Source: Pseudomonadota bacterium
GTDB lineage: Bacteria; Pseudomonadota; Gammaproteobacteria; Pseudomonadales; UBA5862
Reading direction: 5' to 3'
DNA length: 62,563 nucleotides
Assembly (NCBI GenBank): GCA_034189125.1
Contig: JAXHVB010000068.1
Coordinates: 1-62,563, forward strand
Below, piece after piece: positions 52,513 to 61,657 of this stretch (position 1 is the first letter of the stretch; each line of letters begins with the position of its first letter). A model generated the notes under the pieces. The model searched no databases. It was not told the origin of the DNA and saw only the letters and a list, made by a program, of their open reading frames with translations. The translations under genes were made by a program, and so were the position numbers.

Positions 52513-55215
52513 ATGCGCCGGCGTTCGATGGTGTTGGGCGTGGTGGGCCTGGTGTTCGCCGCTTCCACCTGGGCGGTAGACCCGAGGTTGGAGCTGTTCC
52601 AGGGGTTGAGCGATGCGCAGCGTGCTGCCTTGCTCGAGGAATTTGGCGGCAACGGCAGTGGCGCCAATCGGCCACTGAGCTTCCCGGATGTGGTGCAGCG
52701 CGATTCCGAAGCTGACGCAGACCTGCAAGAAGTGGAGGACGTCGACGCGCCACCGCGATTCGCGCCGGGCGACAGCCTGCTGCTCTCGGTCTCGGAAACT
52801 CGCCCGGCCGACGCTGACCCTGAAGTGGTTGCCGACCGCGGCAGGGTTCCAGCACAGGGTCCCGCGCGCCTGCTGCTCGGGGAGCAGGTGTTGGAGCTTT
52901 CCGATTCCGGCACATTGGAGCTTCCGGGCTTTGAACCTGTGGTGCTGGCGGGGCTCACCGAGGCCCAGGCGGCGCGGCGCCTGCGGGCTGAGCCTGGGCT
53001 CGCCGGGCTTTACATTGGCATCGAAATACTGCCGGTCGCGCCCACCGGGGCGGAGGCGCTGGAGCCGTTTGGCTACGGCCTCTTCGCTGGCGCACCGACC
53101 ACCTTCGCACCGGCCACGGACATCCCGGTACCGGTCGACTATGTGATCGGGCCCGGTGACACCATCCTGTTGCAACTGTACGGCAACGAGAACCGCCTCG
53201 ACGAGTTGGTGGTGGGGAGAGACGGGCAAATCATGGTGCCCGACATTGGCCCCAAAACCGTCGCGGGCTTGAGCTTTGCCGCGTTGAGAGAGGAGCTTTC
53301 CCGCTGGATCGGGGAGCAAATGATCGGGGTGCAAACTTCGGTGACCTTGGGCGAACTGCGCTCGATTCGGGTGTTTGTGGTGGGCGACGCGGCCAACCCC
53401 GGCCCGTATACGGTGAGCAGCCTTTCCACCCTGACCCACGCCCTGTTTGTGGCCGGGGGGGTCGCCAAGAACGGTTCGCTGCGGTCGATTGAACTGCGCC
53501 GGCAGGGGGCGCTGGTCACCCGTTTTGACCTGTACGACCTGCTGCTGCGGGGCAACAGCGCGCAAGACGTGCGCCTGCAGCCTGGCGATGTGGTGCTGGT
53601 ACCGCCCGTGGGGCCGACCGTGGCCGTCTCTGGAGAAGTGCGTCGGCCGGCCATCTACGAATTGGGCGCAGAAGAAAACCTGCAGGGGGTGCTGGCGCTC
53701 GCGGGTGGGCTGCAGGCCAGGGCGGACACCAGTGCAATCCAGCTGCGCCGCATCGCTGGGCCGCGCCCGCAGCTACAAACCCTGGACTGGGCAGCCGCAG
53801 CCGGATTGTCACCGCAGGATGGCGACGCGGTGCACGTGCCTGCCGGATATCCACTGAAAGACGGCTACGTGGTCCTGCGCGGGCACGTGGAGCGTCCCAT
53901 CCAACGGGGCTGGTGGCCCGGGATGCGCCTTGTGGACCTGGTGAAGGATCCGGCCATTTTGCGCCCGGGCGCCGACATGGGCTACGTGCTGGTCCAGCGC
54001 TACCACCCCCCCAACGACCGCATCGAGGTCCTTGCGGCGCGGCTCGACCAGGCGCTGACCGCACCCGCGTCTAAGCACAACATTGCGCTGCAGTCCCGGG
54101 ACGAGGTGCTGGTGTTCGGCAACGAGAGCGACAGGCCATCCCTCGTTGCGCCACTCGTTGAACGGCTGCGCGAACAAGCAACCCAAGCAGCGCCCCAGCC
54201 GGTGGTTCAGGTGTCTGGCCCGGTTCGCTACCCAGGGTTCTATCCGTTGGCAACCGGCATGGACGTTGCGGGCTTGATTCGGGCCGCTGGAGGGCTCGCT
54301 GAATCGGCTTTTCCTGCTGCGGCGGAGTTGATTCATTACGAGGTCGCAGGGGGCGAGCGCCGCGAAGTCCGGCGCGATGAAGTGGATTTGCGCAGCCAAC
54401 TCACCGGGGGCATTGCGCCCGTGTTGCTGCGGCCTTTCGATGTGCTGGCGGTCAAGCAGGTGCCCGACTGGGGCGAGCAAGGAACGGTTCAGGTTTCAGG
54501 TGAGCTGGTGTTCCCGGGGACCTACGCGGTGAAAGAAGGTGAAACCCTTTCGCAGTTGGTCGAGCGGGCCGGTGGACTCACCGACCAGGCTTTCCCGCAA
54601 GGTGCGGTGTTTCTGCGTGTTGCGCTCAAGGCGCGCGAACAGGCGCAGATTGACCGGCTGCGTGACCAGTTGCGCACCGACCTTGCGGCAGCCGCGCTTG
54701 AGGGCGCGCAGCAGATTGATGCGAGCCCCGAGTCCTTTGCCATGTTGCAATCCCTGTTGCAGCAACTGGAAACACTGGAGGCGGCAGGCCGGTTGGTGAT
54801 CGACCTGCCTGCGGTGCTCGCGGGTCATGCCACCGACGTGGTGTTGAAGCCGGGTGACCGCCTGGTGGTGCCTGATCAACCGCAGTCGGTAACCGTGGTG
54901 GGCGAGGTGAACCACCCCACATCCCACTTGTTTGATGCCAACCTGGAACAGGGAGACTACATCGATCATTCGGGGGGGTTCACTTACAAGGCGGATCAAT
55001 CCCGCGTGTATGTGGTGAAGGCCAATGGCCAGGTGGAAACTCAGGGTGGCAGCCGCTGGTTTGCGACCACCCCCGTCATCGAGGCGGGCGACACCGTTGT
55101 GGTGCCGCTGGACGTGGACCGCATGCGGCCCATCACCCTGTGGGCCAATGTCACCCAGATCATGTACCAGCTTGGGCTGACAGTGGCCGCCTTCAACGCC
55201 GTGGGCGCGTTCTGA
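52513..55215 (+). CDS. outer-membrane polysaccharide export (OPX/Wza-family) protein, ~900 aa with multiple SLBB domains
   Basis: Signal MRRRSMVLGVVGLVFAASTWA (no lipobox Cys). Poly_export block GPGDTILLQLYGNENRLDELVVGRDGQIMVPDIGPKTVAGLS. Repeated soluble-ligand-binding beta-grasp-like units (GDVVLVP, GDRLVVP, GDTVVVP). The start is chosen among ATG 52486, 52513 and 52528. Confidence 0.8.
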   Translation: MRRRSMVLGVVGLVFAASTWAVDPRLELFQGLSDAQRAALLEEFGGNGSGANRPLSFPDVVQRDSEADADLQEVEDVDAPPRFAPGDSLLLSVSETRPADADPEVVADRGRVPAQGPARLLLGEQVLELSDSGTLELPGFEPVVLAGLTEAQAARRLRAEPGLAGLYIGIEILPVAPTGAEALEPFGYGLFAGAPTTFAPATDIPVPVDYVIGPGDTILLQLYGNENRLDELVVGRDGQIMVPDIGPKTVAGLSFAALREELSRWIGEQMIGVQTSVTLGELRSIRVFVVGDAANPGPYTVSSLSTLTHALFVAGGVAKNGSLRSIELRRQGALVTRFDLYDLLLRGNSAQDVRLQPGDVVLVPPVGPTVAVSGEVRRPAIYELGAEENLQGVLALAGGLQARADTSAIQLRRIAGPRPQLQTLDWAAAAGLSPQDGDAVHVPAGYPLKDGYVVLRGHVERPIQRGWWPGMRLVDLVKDPAILRPGADMGYVLVQRYHPPNDRIEVLAARLDQALTAPASKHNIALQSRDEVLVFGNESDRPSLVAPLVERLREQATQAAPQPVVQVSGPVRYPGFYPLATGMDVAGLIRAAGGLAESAFPAAAELIHYEVAGGERREVRRDEVDLRSQLTGGIAPVLLRPFDVLAVKQVPDWGEQGTVQVSGELVFPGTYAVKEGETLSQLVERAGGLTDQAFPQGAVFLRVALKAREQAQIDRLRDQLRTDLAAAALEGAQQIDASPESFAMLQSLLQQLETLEAAGRLVIDLPAVLAGHATDVVLKPGDRLVVPDQPQSVTVVGEVNHPTSHLFDANLEQGDYIDHSGGFTYKADQSRVYVVKANGQVETQGGSRWFATTPVIEAGDTVVVPLDVDRMRPITLWANVTQIMYQLGLTVAAFNAVGAF

Positions 55216-55248
55216 CGTGGTCCGGTTGGCAGTGAGGAAGCACCGCGA

Positions 55249-56205
55249 ATGACGCAAGACCCATCCACACCGCCCCGTGATGCGCCCGCCCCGACAGCCG
55301 GCTGGCCGGCGTACCCCCCACCGTACCTGCTGCCGGACGATGATGAAGAAGTCAGCCTGGGTGAGCTGGCGCGGTGGTTGTGGCGGCGCAAGTGGCTCAT
55401 TGGCGCCTGCTCTTTTGTCGGGGCGGTGCTCGCCGTGGTGCTGGTTTTGGTGACCGAACCGGTCTACCGAGTCGAGACACTGCTGGCGCCGATGCAGGCT
55501 GAGGAAGGCGGCACGCTCTCCCAGCTCGCAGGGCAGTTTGGCGGGTTGGCATCCATGGCGGGGATCAGCCTCGGGTCTGGGGGGGGCGGCGACACGGAAG
55601 TGGCGCTTGCACTGTTGCAATCCCACCAGTTTCTTGAGCGCTTCCTGCGCGAGCGCGCGCTGCTGCCGGCGCTGTTCGAAGAGGATTGGGACGCAGACGC
55701 GGGCGCCTGGCGGCTCGAAAACGAGGGCGATAAACCCCCGACTTACCGGCGCGGGGTACAGCGGTTTAGGAAGCACCTGCTCAGCGTGCGGCAGGACATC
55801 GACAGCGGCCTGGTTACTGTTGCCGTCGAATGGACCGACCGCGAGCAGGCGGCCGACTGGATCAGCGACCTGGTCCAGCGTGTCAACGAGGCCATGCGTG
55901 CGCGCGCGATCGCGGATGCGACCAGCAGCCTTGACTATTTGAATGCCCAACTGGAGCAGACCAGCGTGGTCGGCGTGCGCCAGGCCATCTACAGCCTGAT
56001 GGAAAGCCAAACCCAGGCGTTGATGCTGGCCCAGGTGCGTGACCAATATACATTCGAGGTCATTGATCCGCCGGCCATCCCCAGTGACGACGAAAAAATT
56101 CGGCCGAAAGGCGTTTTCAGCCTCGTGCTTGGTCTTCTTTGTGGGTTTTTATTCAGCATAGTGGTCGCTTACGTGATGGATCTATCACGGGGTTGCGATG
56201 ATTAA
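55249..56205 (+). CDS. polysaccharide co-polymerase (Wzz/PCP) without tyrosine-kinase domain
   Basis: TM1 LIGACSFVGAVLAVVLVLV with the Wzz block EPVYRVETLLAP, a central coiled region, the Pro-rich PCP motif IDPPAIPSDDEKIRPKG, then TM2 at the C-terminus. 318 aa, no Walker motifs. Confidence 0.8.
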   Translation: MTQDPSTPPRDAPAPTAGWPAYPPPYLLPDDDEEVSLGELARWLWRRKWLIGACSFVGAVLAVVLVLVTEPVYRVETLLAPMQAEEGGTLSQLAGQFGGLASMAGISLGSGGGGDTEVALALLQSHQFLERFLRERALLPALFEEDWDADAGAWRLENEGDKPPTYRRGVQRFRKHLLSVRQDIDSGLVTVAVEWTDREQAADWISDLVQRVNEAMRARAIADATSSLDYLNAQLEQTSVVGVRQAIYSLMESQTQALMLAQVRDQYTFEVIDPPAIPSDDEKIRPKGVFSLVLGLLCGFLFSIVVAYVMDLSRGCDD

Positions 56206-56277
56206 TGGGATGCTGGAAAACAAATGTCCCAATCGGAGCGACCCAAACGCTCTAAACGTGGAAAAGGAGTAAGTACC

Positions 56278-57492
56278 GTGAAAACGTTGATCCTTGGAGG
56301 TGACGGGTTTTGTGGCTGGCCCACAGCGCTGCACTTGTCGAGCTTGGGGCACGAGGTGGCCATCGTAGACAACCTTTCACGCCGCAAGATCGACATTGAG
56401 CTGGAATGTGAGTCCTTGACGCCCATCCGCCCGATCGGTGATCGGCTGCGCGCTTGGAAGGAGGTTTCCGGTCGCGATATCGCCTTCCACGATTTCAGTG
56501 TGGCCGTGAACTACCAGCGCTTACTGGACCTGCTGAAGGATTGGCGACCGAATGCCATCGTGCACTTCGCTGAGCAGCGCGCGGCGCCCTATTCCATGAA
56601 ATCGAGCCACCACAAGCGCTACACAGTGGACAACAATCTGAATGCGACCAACAACGTACTCGCCGCCGTGGTTGAAAGTGGACAAGACATTCACATTGCT
56701 CACCTCGGCACCATGGGGGTATATGGTTACGGCACTGCTGGAATGAAGATCCCTGAAGGCTATCTGCAGGTCAAAGTAGAAGCCGGTGACGGCCAGCTGG
56801 TGGACAATGAGATTCTCTACCCGGCGAACCCCGGCAGCATCTATCACATGACAAAGACCCAAGATCAGCTGTTGTTTTTTTTCTACAATAAAAACGACAG
56901 AGTTCGCATCACCGACCTGCATCAAGGCATTGTATGGGGCACTCAAACCGCTGAAACCAAGCGGGATGAGCGCCTAATCAACCGCTTCGACTACGATGGT
57001 GATTACGGGACGGTCCTTAACCGTTTCCTGATGCAGGCTGCCGTGGGCCATCCGCTCACCGTGCATGGAACAGGCGGGCAGACGAGAGCGTTTATTCACA
57101 TTCAGGACACCGTCCGCTGCATACAGATCGCCCTGGAAAATGCGCCCAAGCCGGGTGATCGCGTGCAGATTTTTAACCAAATGACTGAAACCCATCGGGT
57201 GCGCGACCTTGCCCAAATGATCGCCGATCGCACCGGCGCTCAAATCGATTATGTTTCCAACCCGCGCAACGAAGCCGACGAAAACGACCTGCACGTCCGC
57301 AACGACCGCTTCCTTTCCCTGGGACTGGAGCCCATCACCCTCGGCGCAGGATTGATGGAGGAGGTCACAGACATCGCCCGCAAGTACGCCCACCGTTGCG
57401 ACCACGGCAAGATCCCGTGCGTATCGCTTTGGCGACAGACCGGCCAAGCCGCGCAAGCACCGGCAGGATCGCGCGACGGGTCAGGAGCCTGA
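56278..57492 (+). CDS. sqdB: UDP-sulfoquinovose synthase (SqdB/SQD1-type SDR)
   Basis: ILGGDGFCGWPTALHLS..HEVAIVDNL.RR, VHFAEQRAAPYSM, LGTMGVYGYG, PANPGSIYHMTKTQD and ITDLHQGIVWG track cyanobacterial/plant SqdB/SQD1 along the whole length. GTG 56278 has AAGGAG 8 nt upstream. The ORF-track ATG 56224 would add 18 basic residues. Confidence 0.8.
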   Translation: MKTLILGGDGFCGWPTALHLSSLGHEVAIVDNLSRRKIDIELECESLTPIRPIGDRLRAWKEVSGRDIAFHDFSVAVNYQRLLDLLKDWRPNAIVHFAEQRAAPYSMKSSHHKRYTVDNNLNATNNVLAAVVESGQDIHIAHLGTMGVYGYGTAGMKIPEGYLQVKVEAGDGQLVDNEILYPANPGSIYHMTKTQDQLLFFFYNKNDRVRITDLHQGIVWGTQTAETKRDERLINRFDYDGDYGTVLNRFLMQAAVGHPLTVHGTGGQTRAFIHIQDTVRCIQIALENAPKPGDRVQIFNQMTETHRVRDLAQMIADRTGAQIDYVSNPRNEADENDLHVRNDRFLSLGLEPITLGAGLMEEVTDIARKYAHRCDHGKIPCVSLWRQTGQAAQAPAGSRDGSGA

Positions 57493-57645
57493 TTATTGAC
57501 AAGGCCGCCTAGCGAAACGCTGCTGGGCGGATGCGTCGCTGTCACTGGCCGGACACGCCGCGTGCAAGCACATCGGGGCTGAGGAGTTTGAACAGTCCAC
57601 GAGCGCTTGGCAGGTGCGCTGGATGGTCGAAAGGAATTCTTGCCC

Positions 57646-58941
57646 ATGGCGCGTAAGAGCGCATTCATCACCCTTGGCACCCAGGTCGGCATTCAGTCGA
57701 TCGGCCTCGTCACGGGGATTCTGGTCGCACGTTTCCTCGGGCCGGAGGGCCGGGGCGAATTGGCCGCGGTTGTCGTGTGGGTATCGATGATTGCCTATCT
57801 CGGCAACCTTGGCTTGCCAGCCGCCAGCGCCTACGCGGCGGCGCGCGACGCCGGTCGCGTCCGTACCCTGATGGGCAACGGCTTTGTTGCGGTGCTGGTG
57901 CAATGGCCGCTACTGGCTGGGGTGGGCCTGCTTGTGCTTTATCTGGCGCTGGACGGCTACACGGACCTCCTACAGCAGCTGGCGGTTGCTTATCTCTGCC
58001 TCTATATCCCACTGAATTTGTTGACGCTTTACGCCAATGCAACCCAGCAGGGTTTGGGCCACTATGCCCGCTTCAATGCCGTGCGCTTGTGTGTGCCTGT
58101 CAGCTATCTGGTCGGGCTCGGCATGCTGGTGTGGCTGGAGCAGTTCACGGTGGCAGGTGTGCTCGCCGCGAATCTGTTCAGCAACTTTGTAACGCTGTTG
58201 TTGGCCTTGGGTTTGCTGCTGCCACGTGCGCGGGTGGCGACGCGCCGACGGTGGATCGATCTGCCGGCGCTGAGGCGGGATCTTCGCTATGGCTTATCAG
58301 CCCATATCGGCATGTTGCAGCCCTTCACCGGTCTGCAGGTCGATGTCCTGCTGCTGACACTGCTCCTGCCTGCCCATGACCTTGGTCTCTACATGGCCGC
58401 GCTGGCCGGTGCCGGTTTGATTCGTGCCCAGGGCGTTGCATTGGGGATGGTCGCAATGCCGGAGGTCGCCCGGCAAAAAGAAAGCGCTGGCCAGTTCCGG
58501 ACGGTTGTGCGCTTTGCGAGCTTTGCCGCTTTGTTCGGTGGCGCAACCGCCCTTTTTTTGGCCTGGTGGGCACAACCGCTTGTTGCACTGGCCTATGGCG
58601 ATGCATTCAGCGGTGCGGCCAGCGCCTTGCGCCTGCTCGCCTTGGGTGCGCTGACCGCCTCGCTTAACCGTGTCCTCGCCGATGGCCTTCGCGGTATGGG
58701 GCGACCGCTCAGTGGCACCGCCGCCGAACTGGCCAGTCTTGCCGTGGGCGTGCCCGCCATCCTGGTGCTGGCGCCGTCCGGCGGCGCCGAAGGGGCCTCC
58801 TTGGCCACTGTACTAGCCTCCGCTAGCGCACTGGCCATCACCGCTTGGTCGTTGTACCGGCGGCGGGCGGCTGGCACCGACCCGGCCGCGCTATCGGTCA
58901 CCGCGCGGCCCTTGATTGCAAAACAGACAGATCGTCCATGA
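57646..58941 (+). CDS. wzx: oligosaccharide flippase (Wzx, MOP superfamily)
   Basis: Polytopic 431-aa membrane protein. N-terminus LVTGILVARFLGPEGRGELAAV is typical of polysaccharide biosynthesis flippases. ATG 57646 with an AAGGA RBS. Confidence 0.8.
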   Translation: MARKSAFITLGTQVGIQSIGLVTGILVARFLGPEGRGELAAVVVWVSMIAYLGNLGLPAASAYAAARDAGRVRTLMGNGFVAVLVQWPLLAGVGLLVLYLALDGYTDLLQQLAVAYLCLYIPLNLLTLYANATQQGLGHYARFNAVRLCVPVSYLVGLGMLVWLEQFTVAGVLAANLFSNFVTLLLALGLLLPRARVATRRRWIDLPALRRDLRYGLSAHIGMLQPFTGLQVDVLLLTLLLPAHDLGLYMAALAGAGLIRAQGVALGMVAMPEVARQKESAGQFRTVVRFASFAALFGGATALFLAWWAQPLVALAYGDAFSGAASALRLLALGALTASLNRVLADGLRGMGRPLSGTAAELASLAVGVPAILVLAPSGGAEGASLATVLASASALAITAWSLYRRRAAGTDPAALSVTARPLIAKQTDRP

Positions 58942-60407
58942 GATCGAACGTGGCGCCAGCAGCTGCCGCAGCCTACATCGCTGTGCTTGGCTTACTTTTC
59001 GTTTTCATTCTATATGTGGCTGGTATTTCCGTGCGCTTCCTGCTGCTTGCTGCAATTGTTGGCAGTCTGATTCTGCCGGTGATGCTGCGGGCCATCCGAG
59101 GCCGTCTGGATCTGTTAGAACCCGTCGTTCTGGCCAACGTTGCGCTCAGTATCATGTTCGTCGGCCGTCCGCTGCACCAACTGATCGCCGAGGAGACGAT
59201 CCACCTGGGGTACGACATTTCGCTCACCTTCAACGAAGCCTTGCTGGTTGCGCTAACCGGCATCTTTTGTTTCCAACTGGGCTACTTCCTCCGCCCCAAT
59301 GTCACCGCCTGGGCCCGGCGCTTGCCCGCGCCTCCCCCCCTGCGACCACAGCGAGCGGCTTTTGCAGGCTGGTTTTATCTGTTGCTGGGCGGGCTGTTGT
59401 TCGGCGCTTTCCTGGCCCAACAGGGCGGGCTGGGGTTGCTCGTCGTTCTGCTTGCCGGCCGCCAGCAATCCAACAACGATTTGTTTCTCGGCTCTACCGG
59501 TTATCTGTACAACGGTATCTTGATGTGGGGCGCGAGCGCATTGATCTTCTTTGTTATAGCGACTGTCGCGCGCCGTCGCCTTTATTGGCTGTGGTTTCTG
59601 CTGCCCGCCCTCTGCCTAGTGATTTTCTACGGCGCCCGAGGCACTCGATCCATGCTGCTCCCATTGGTGCTGGCCATCCCGGTTTTCTGGTATCTATGGA
59701 ACAATCGCCGGCCGGGTGCGCGGAGCTTGCTGCTCGCCGCCTTTGTTGGCGTGGCGCTGCTGGGCGCGCTCCGTGAGGTCCGAACCGTTGGGGAAAACCG
59801 GGATTTTGCCGGTACCTTGCTCGCCGCTCTGGGTTCGCCGGTCAGTGAGGCTTTGAATATCCTGGGTGGCGCGGATGCCGAGATGTTTGACTCTTTAGCC
59901 AGCGAACTGTTGGTGGTCCCGGAACGCACCCCTTTTCAGCACGGCGCGACCATCACCGACGTGTTGATCCGCGCTGTACCTCGCCCGCTGTGGCCCGACA
60001 AACCACTGGAATCGAACGATGCGATCGTCACTGCCCTTTGGCCGGATCATTACGCCGTGTCCCGGGCCTCGCCGGCCTTCTCTGTGCTTGGTCCCTTCTA
60101 TGCCGATAGCGGCCTCTTTACCGTTGCGCTGGGCATGTTTTCCATTGGCTGGGTGCTCGCCTTGTCTTGGCGCTGGCTGTGCCTCCACCGCGCTCAGCCG
60201 GTGGCCCAGATGATCTACGCCATGGGTCTGCCCTTCGTGGTCATCCTGATGCGGGGCACCATACCCGGCACCTTGACCCGCATGCTGTTTCTGTTTGTCC
60301 CGCTGGTGTTGCTCATGTGGTTGACGCGCCTGAGATTTAGAGCCCGACTTCGACCCGAGCGAATCTATCAGGGGCCCCAACTCAGTGAAGGACGTCACTC
60401 GAAATGA
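58938..60407 (+). CDS. O-antigen/EPS repeat-unit polymerase-like membrane protein (Wzy-like)
   Basis: About 11-12 TM helices with a large loop (RGTRSMLLPLVL...). The ATG overlaps the wzx stop (ATGA). The family call rests on topology and context. Confidence 0.65.
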   Translation: MRSNVAPAAAAAYIAVLGLLFVFILYVAGISVRFLLLAAIVGSLILPVMLRAIRGRLDLLEPVVLANVALSIMFVGRPLHQLIAEETIHLGYDISLTFNEALLVALTGIFCFQLGYFLRPNVTAWARRLPAPPPLRPQRAAFAGWFYLLLGGLLFGAFLAQQGGLGLLVVLLAGRQQSNNDLFLGSTGYLYNGILMWGASALIFFVIATVARRRLYWLWFLLPALCLVIFYGARGTRSMLLPLVLAIPVFWYLWNNRRPGARSLLLAAFVGVALLGALREVRTVGENRDFAGTLLAALGSPVSEALNILGGADAEMFDSLASELLVVPERTPFQHGATITDVLIRAVPRPLWPDKPLESNDAIVTALWPDHYAVSRASPAFSVLGPFYADSGLFTVALGMFSIGWVLALSWRWLCLHRAQPVAQMIYAMGLPFVVILMRGTIPGTLTRMLFLFVPLVLLMWLTRLRFRARLRPERIYQGPQLSEGRHSK

Positions 60408-61657
60408 TCTTAGCAGTCAATAGTTCGTCCAACGCGCTCAACTACATTTCGGCGGGACTTGCCGAAACGGGATTGCTTTCGACTTACGTGCGCCCGTATG
60501 TGAATCTCGATCGGCGTTGGGAAACGGTCTTGGCGGGATTGCCTGGTTTAGGCCAAACCTATGCCCGCACCTTTGGCCGGCGGCGGATGCCCGCCCCGCT
60601 GGACAAGACACACGTCAGCGAAGCCGGGATGCTGTGGGATTTGCTGATGGCTGCACACGGCCGGCTGCCGGCATCCAGTCCAGCATACCGGCCGCTACAG
60701 CGCTCGCTACTGCACGCGCGTACCCGGGCGCTGATGAAGGCGGCAGAGAGGCATTTTCAAAACGAGCCCACCGTGGTGGCGAGCTGGGGCTGCGCGGAGC
60801 CGGTTTTTCGCAAGGCGGAGGCGCGGGGGGCGCTGTGTGTGCTCAACTACCCGCTGGCCCACCACCGCTTCACAAGGCGCTACTTGGAGGACGAGGCGGC
60901 GCGGCAACCCGCGTTTGCCGAAACACTCAACAGCCATGACCGGCCAGGGTGGCAGGAGCGGCAACTGGATGCCGAGATCGAACTGGCCGATCGCATCCTG
61001 GTCGGTTCGAGCTTCGCGCGCGATTCCTTCATCGCGGAAGGGGTTCCCGCGCAGAAGCTGACGGTGATTCCCTATGGCGCCGATACGGAACTGTTCGAGC
61101 CGCCTGGGCGGAAAGCGCACGATTGCGGCGGGCTGAAGCTGCTGTTCGTTGGCCAGATCGGTCAGCGCAAGGGCATTTCCTACCTGCTGGATGCAGCGCG
61201 CCAGACGGCGGTGCAGGGTGACAGTCTGACCCTGGTCGGCCAGATTCAGGGCAGTGGCCGGGCGCTGGCGCCGTACCGCGATGGTTTTCGCCATCGCCCC
61301 CATGTGCCCCGCGCCGAGCTGCGGGCAATCTATCGCCAGGCGGACGTGTTCGTCTTTCCCACGTTGGTGGAAGGCTTGGGGCTGGTGGTGCTGGAGGCCA
61401 TGGCCAGCGGCCTGCCCGTGATCACCACACCCAATGGCCCCGGCGACATCGTGCGCGACGGGGTGGACGGCTTTCTGGTGCCCCCGCGGGATGTTGATGC
61501 CATTGTCGATCGGCTGGAGCGGCTGCGCGTGGATCCGCAATTGCGTCGCGAGATGGGGCGCAGTGCTAGGGAACGGGCATCGGAGTTTACTTGGCGAGCT
61601 TATCGGGAACAGGTCGTCGGATGGTTGCGGCAATGGACAGAGGAATGCGAGAGATGA
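60404..61657 (+). CDS. glycosyltransferase family 4 (GT-B, retaining)
   Basis: LLFVGQIGQRKGISYLLDA, VFVFPTLVEGLGLVVLEAMASGLPVITTPNGPGDIV.DGVDGFLVP (EX7E region). The ATG overlaps the upstream stop (ATGA). Confidence 0.9.
   Translation: MILAVNSSSNALNYISAGLAETGLLSTYVRPYVNLDRRWETVLAGLPGLGQTYARTFGRRRMPAPLDKTHVSEAGMLWDLLMAAHGRLPASSPAYRPLQRSLLHARTRALMKAAERHFQNEPTVVASWGCAEPVFRKAEARGALCVLNYPLAHHRFTRRYLEDEAARQPAFAETLNSHDRPGWQERQLDAEIELADRILVGSSFARDSFIAEGVPAQKLTVIPYGADTELFEPPGRKAHDCGGLKLLFVGQIGQRKGISYLLDAARQTAVQGDSLTLVGQIQGSGRALAPYRDGFRHRPHVPRAELRAIYRQADVFVFPTLVEGLGLVVLEAMASGLPVITTPNGPGDIVRDGVDGFLVPPRDVDAIVDRLERLRVDPQLRREMGRSARERASEFTWRAYREQVVGWLRQWTEECER

Noticed and set aside
51230-52915. 561-aa minus-strand ORF across wzi and the OPX 5' end
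   Set aside because: It is Arg/Pro/Gly/Ala-rich antisense translation. The plus-strand frames carry Wzi and Poly_export signatures.
54496-56046. 516-aa minus-strand ORF across the OPX 3' end and wzz
   Set aside because: It is an antisense shadow ORF with no motifs. It spans two plus-strand genes that have recognisable SLBB and PCP features.
57496-57501. Perfect TTGACA in the sqdB-wzx spacer as an internal promoter -35
   Set aside because: No acceptable -10 hexamer lies 16-18 nt downstream (GCTGCT / CGCTGC), so a promoter call is not supported.
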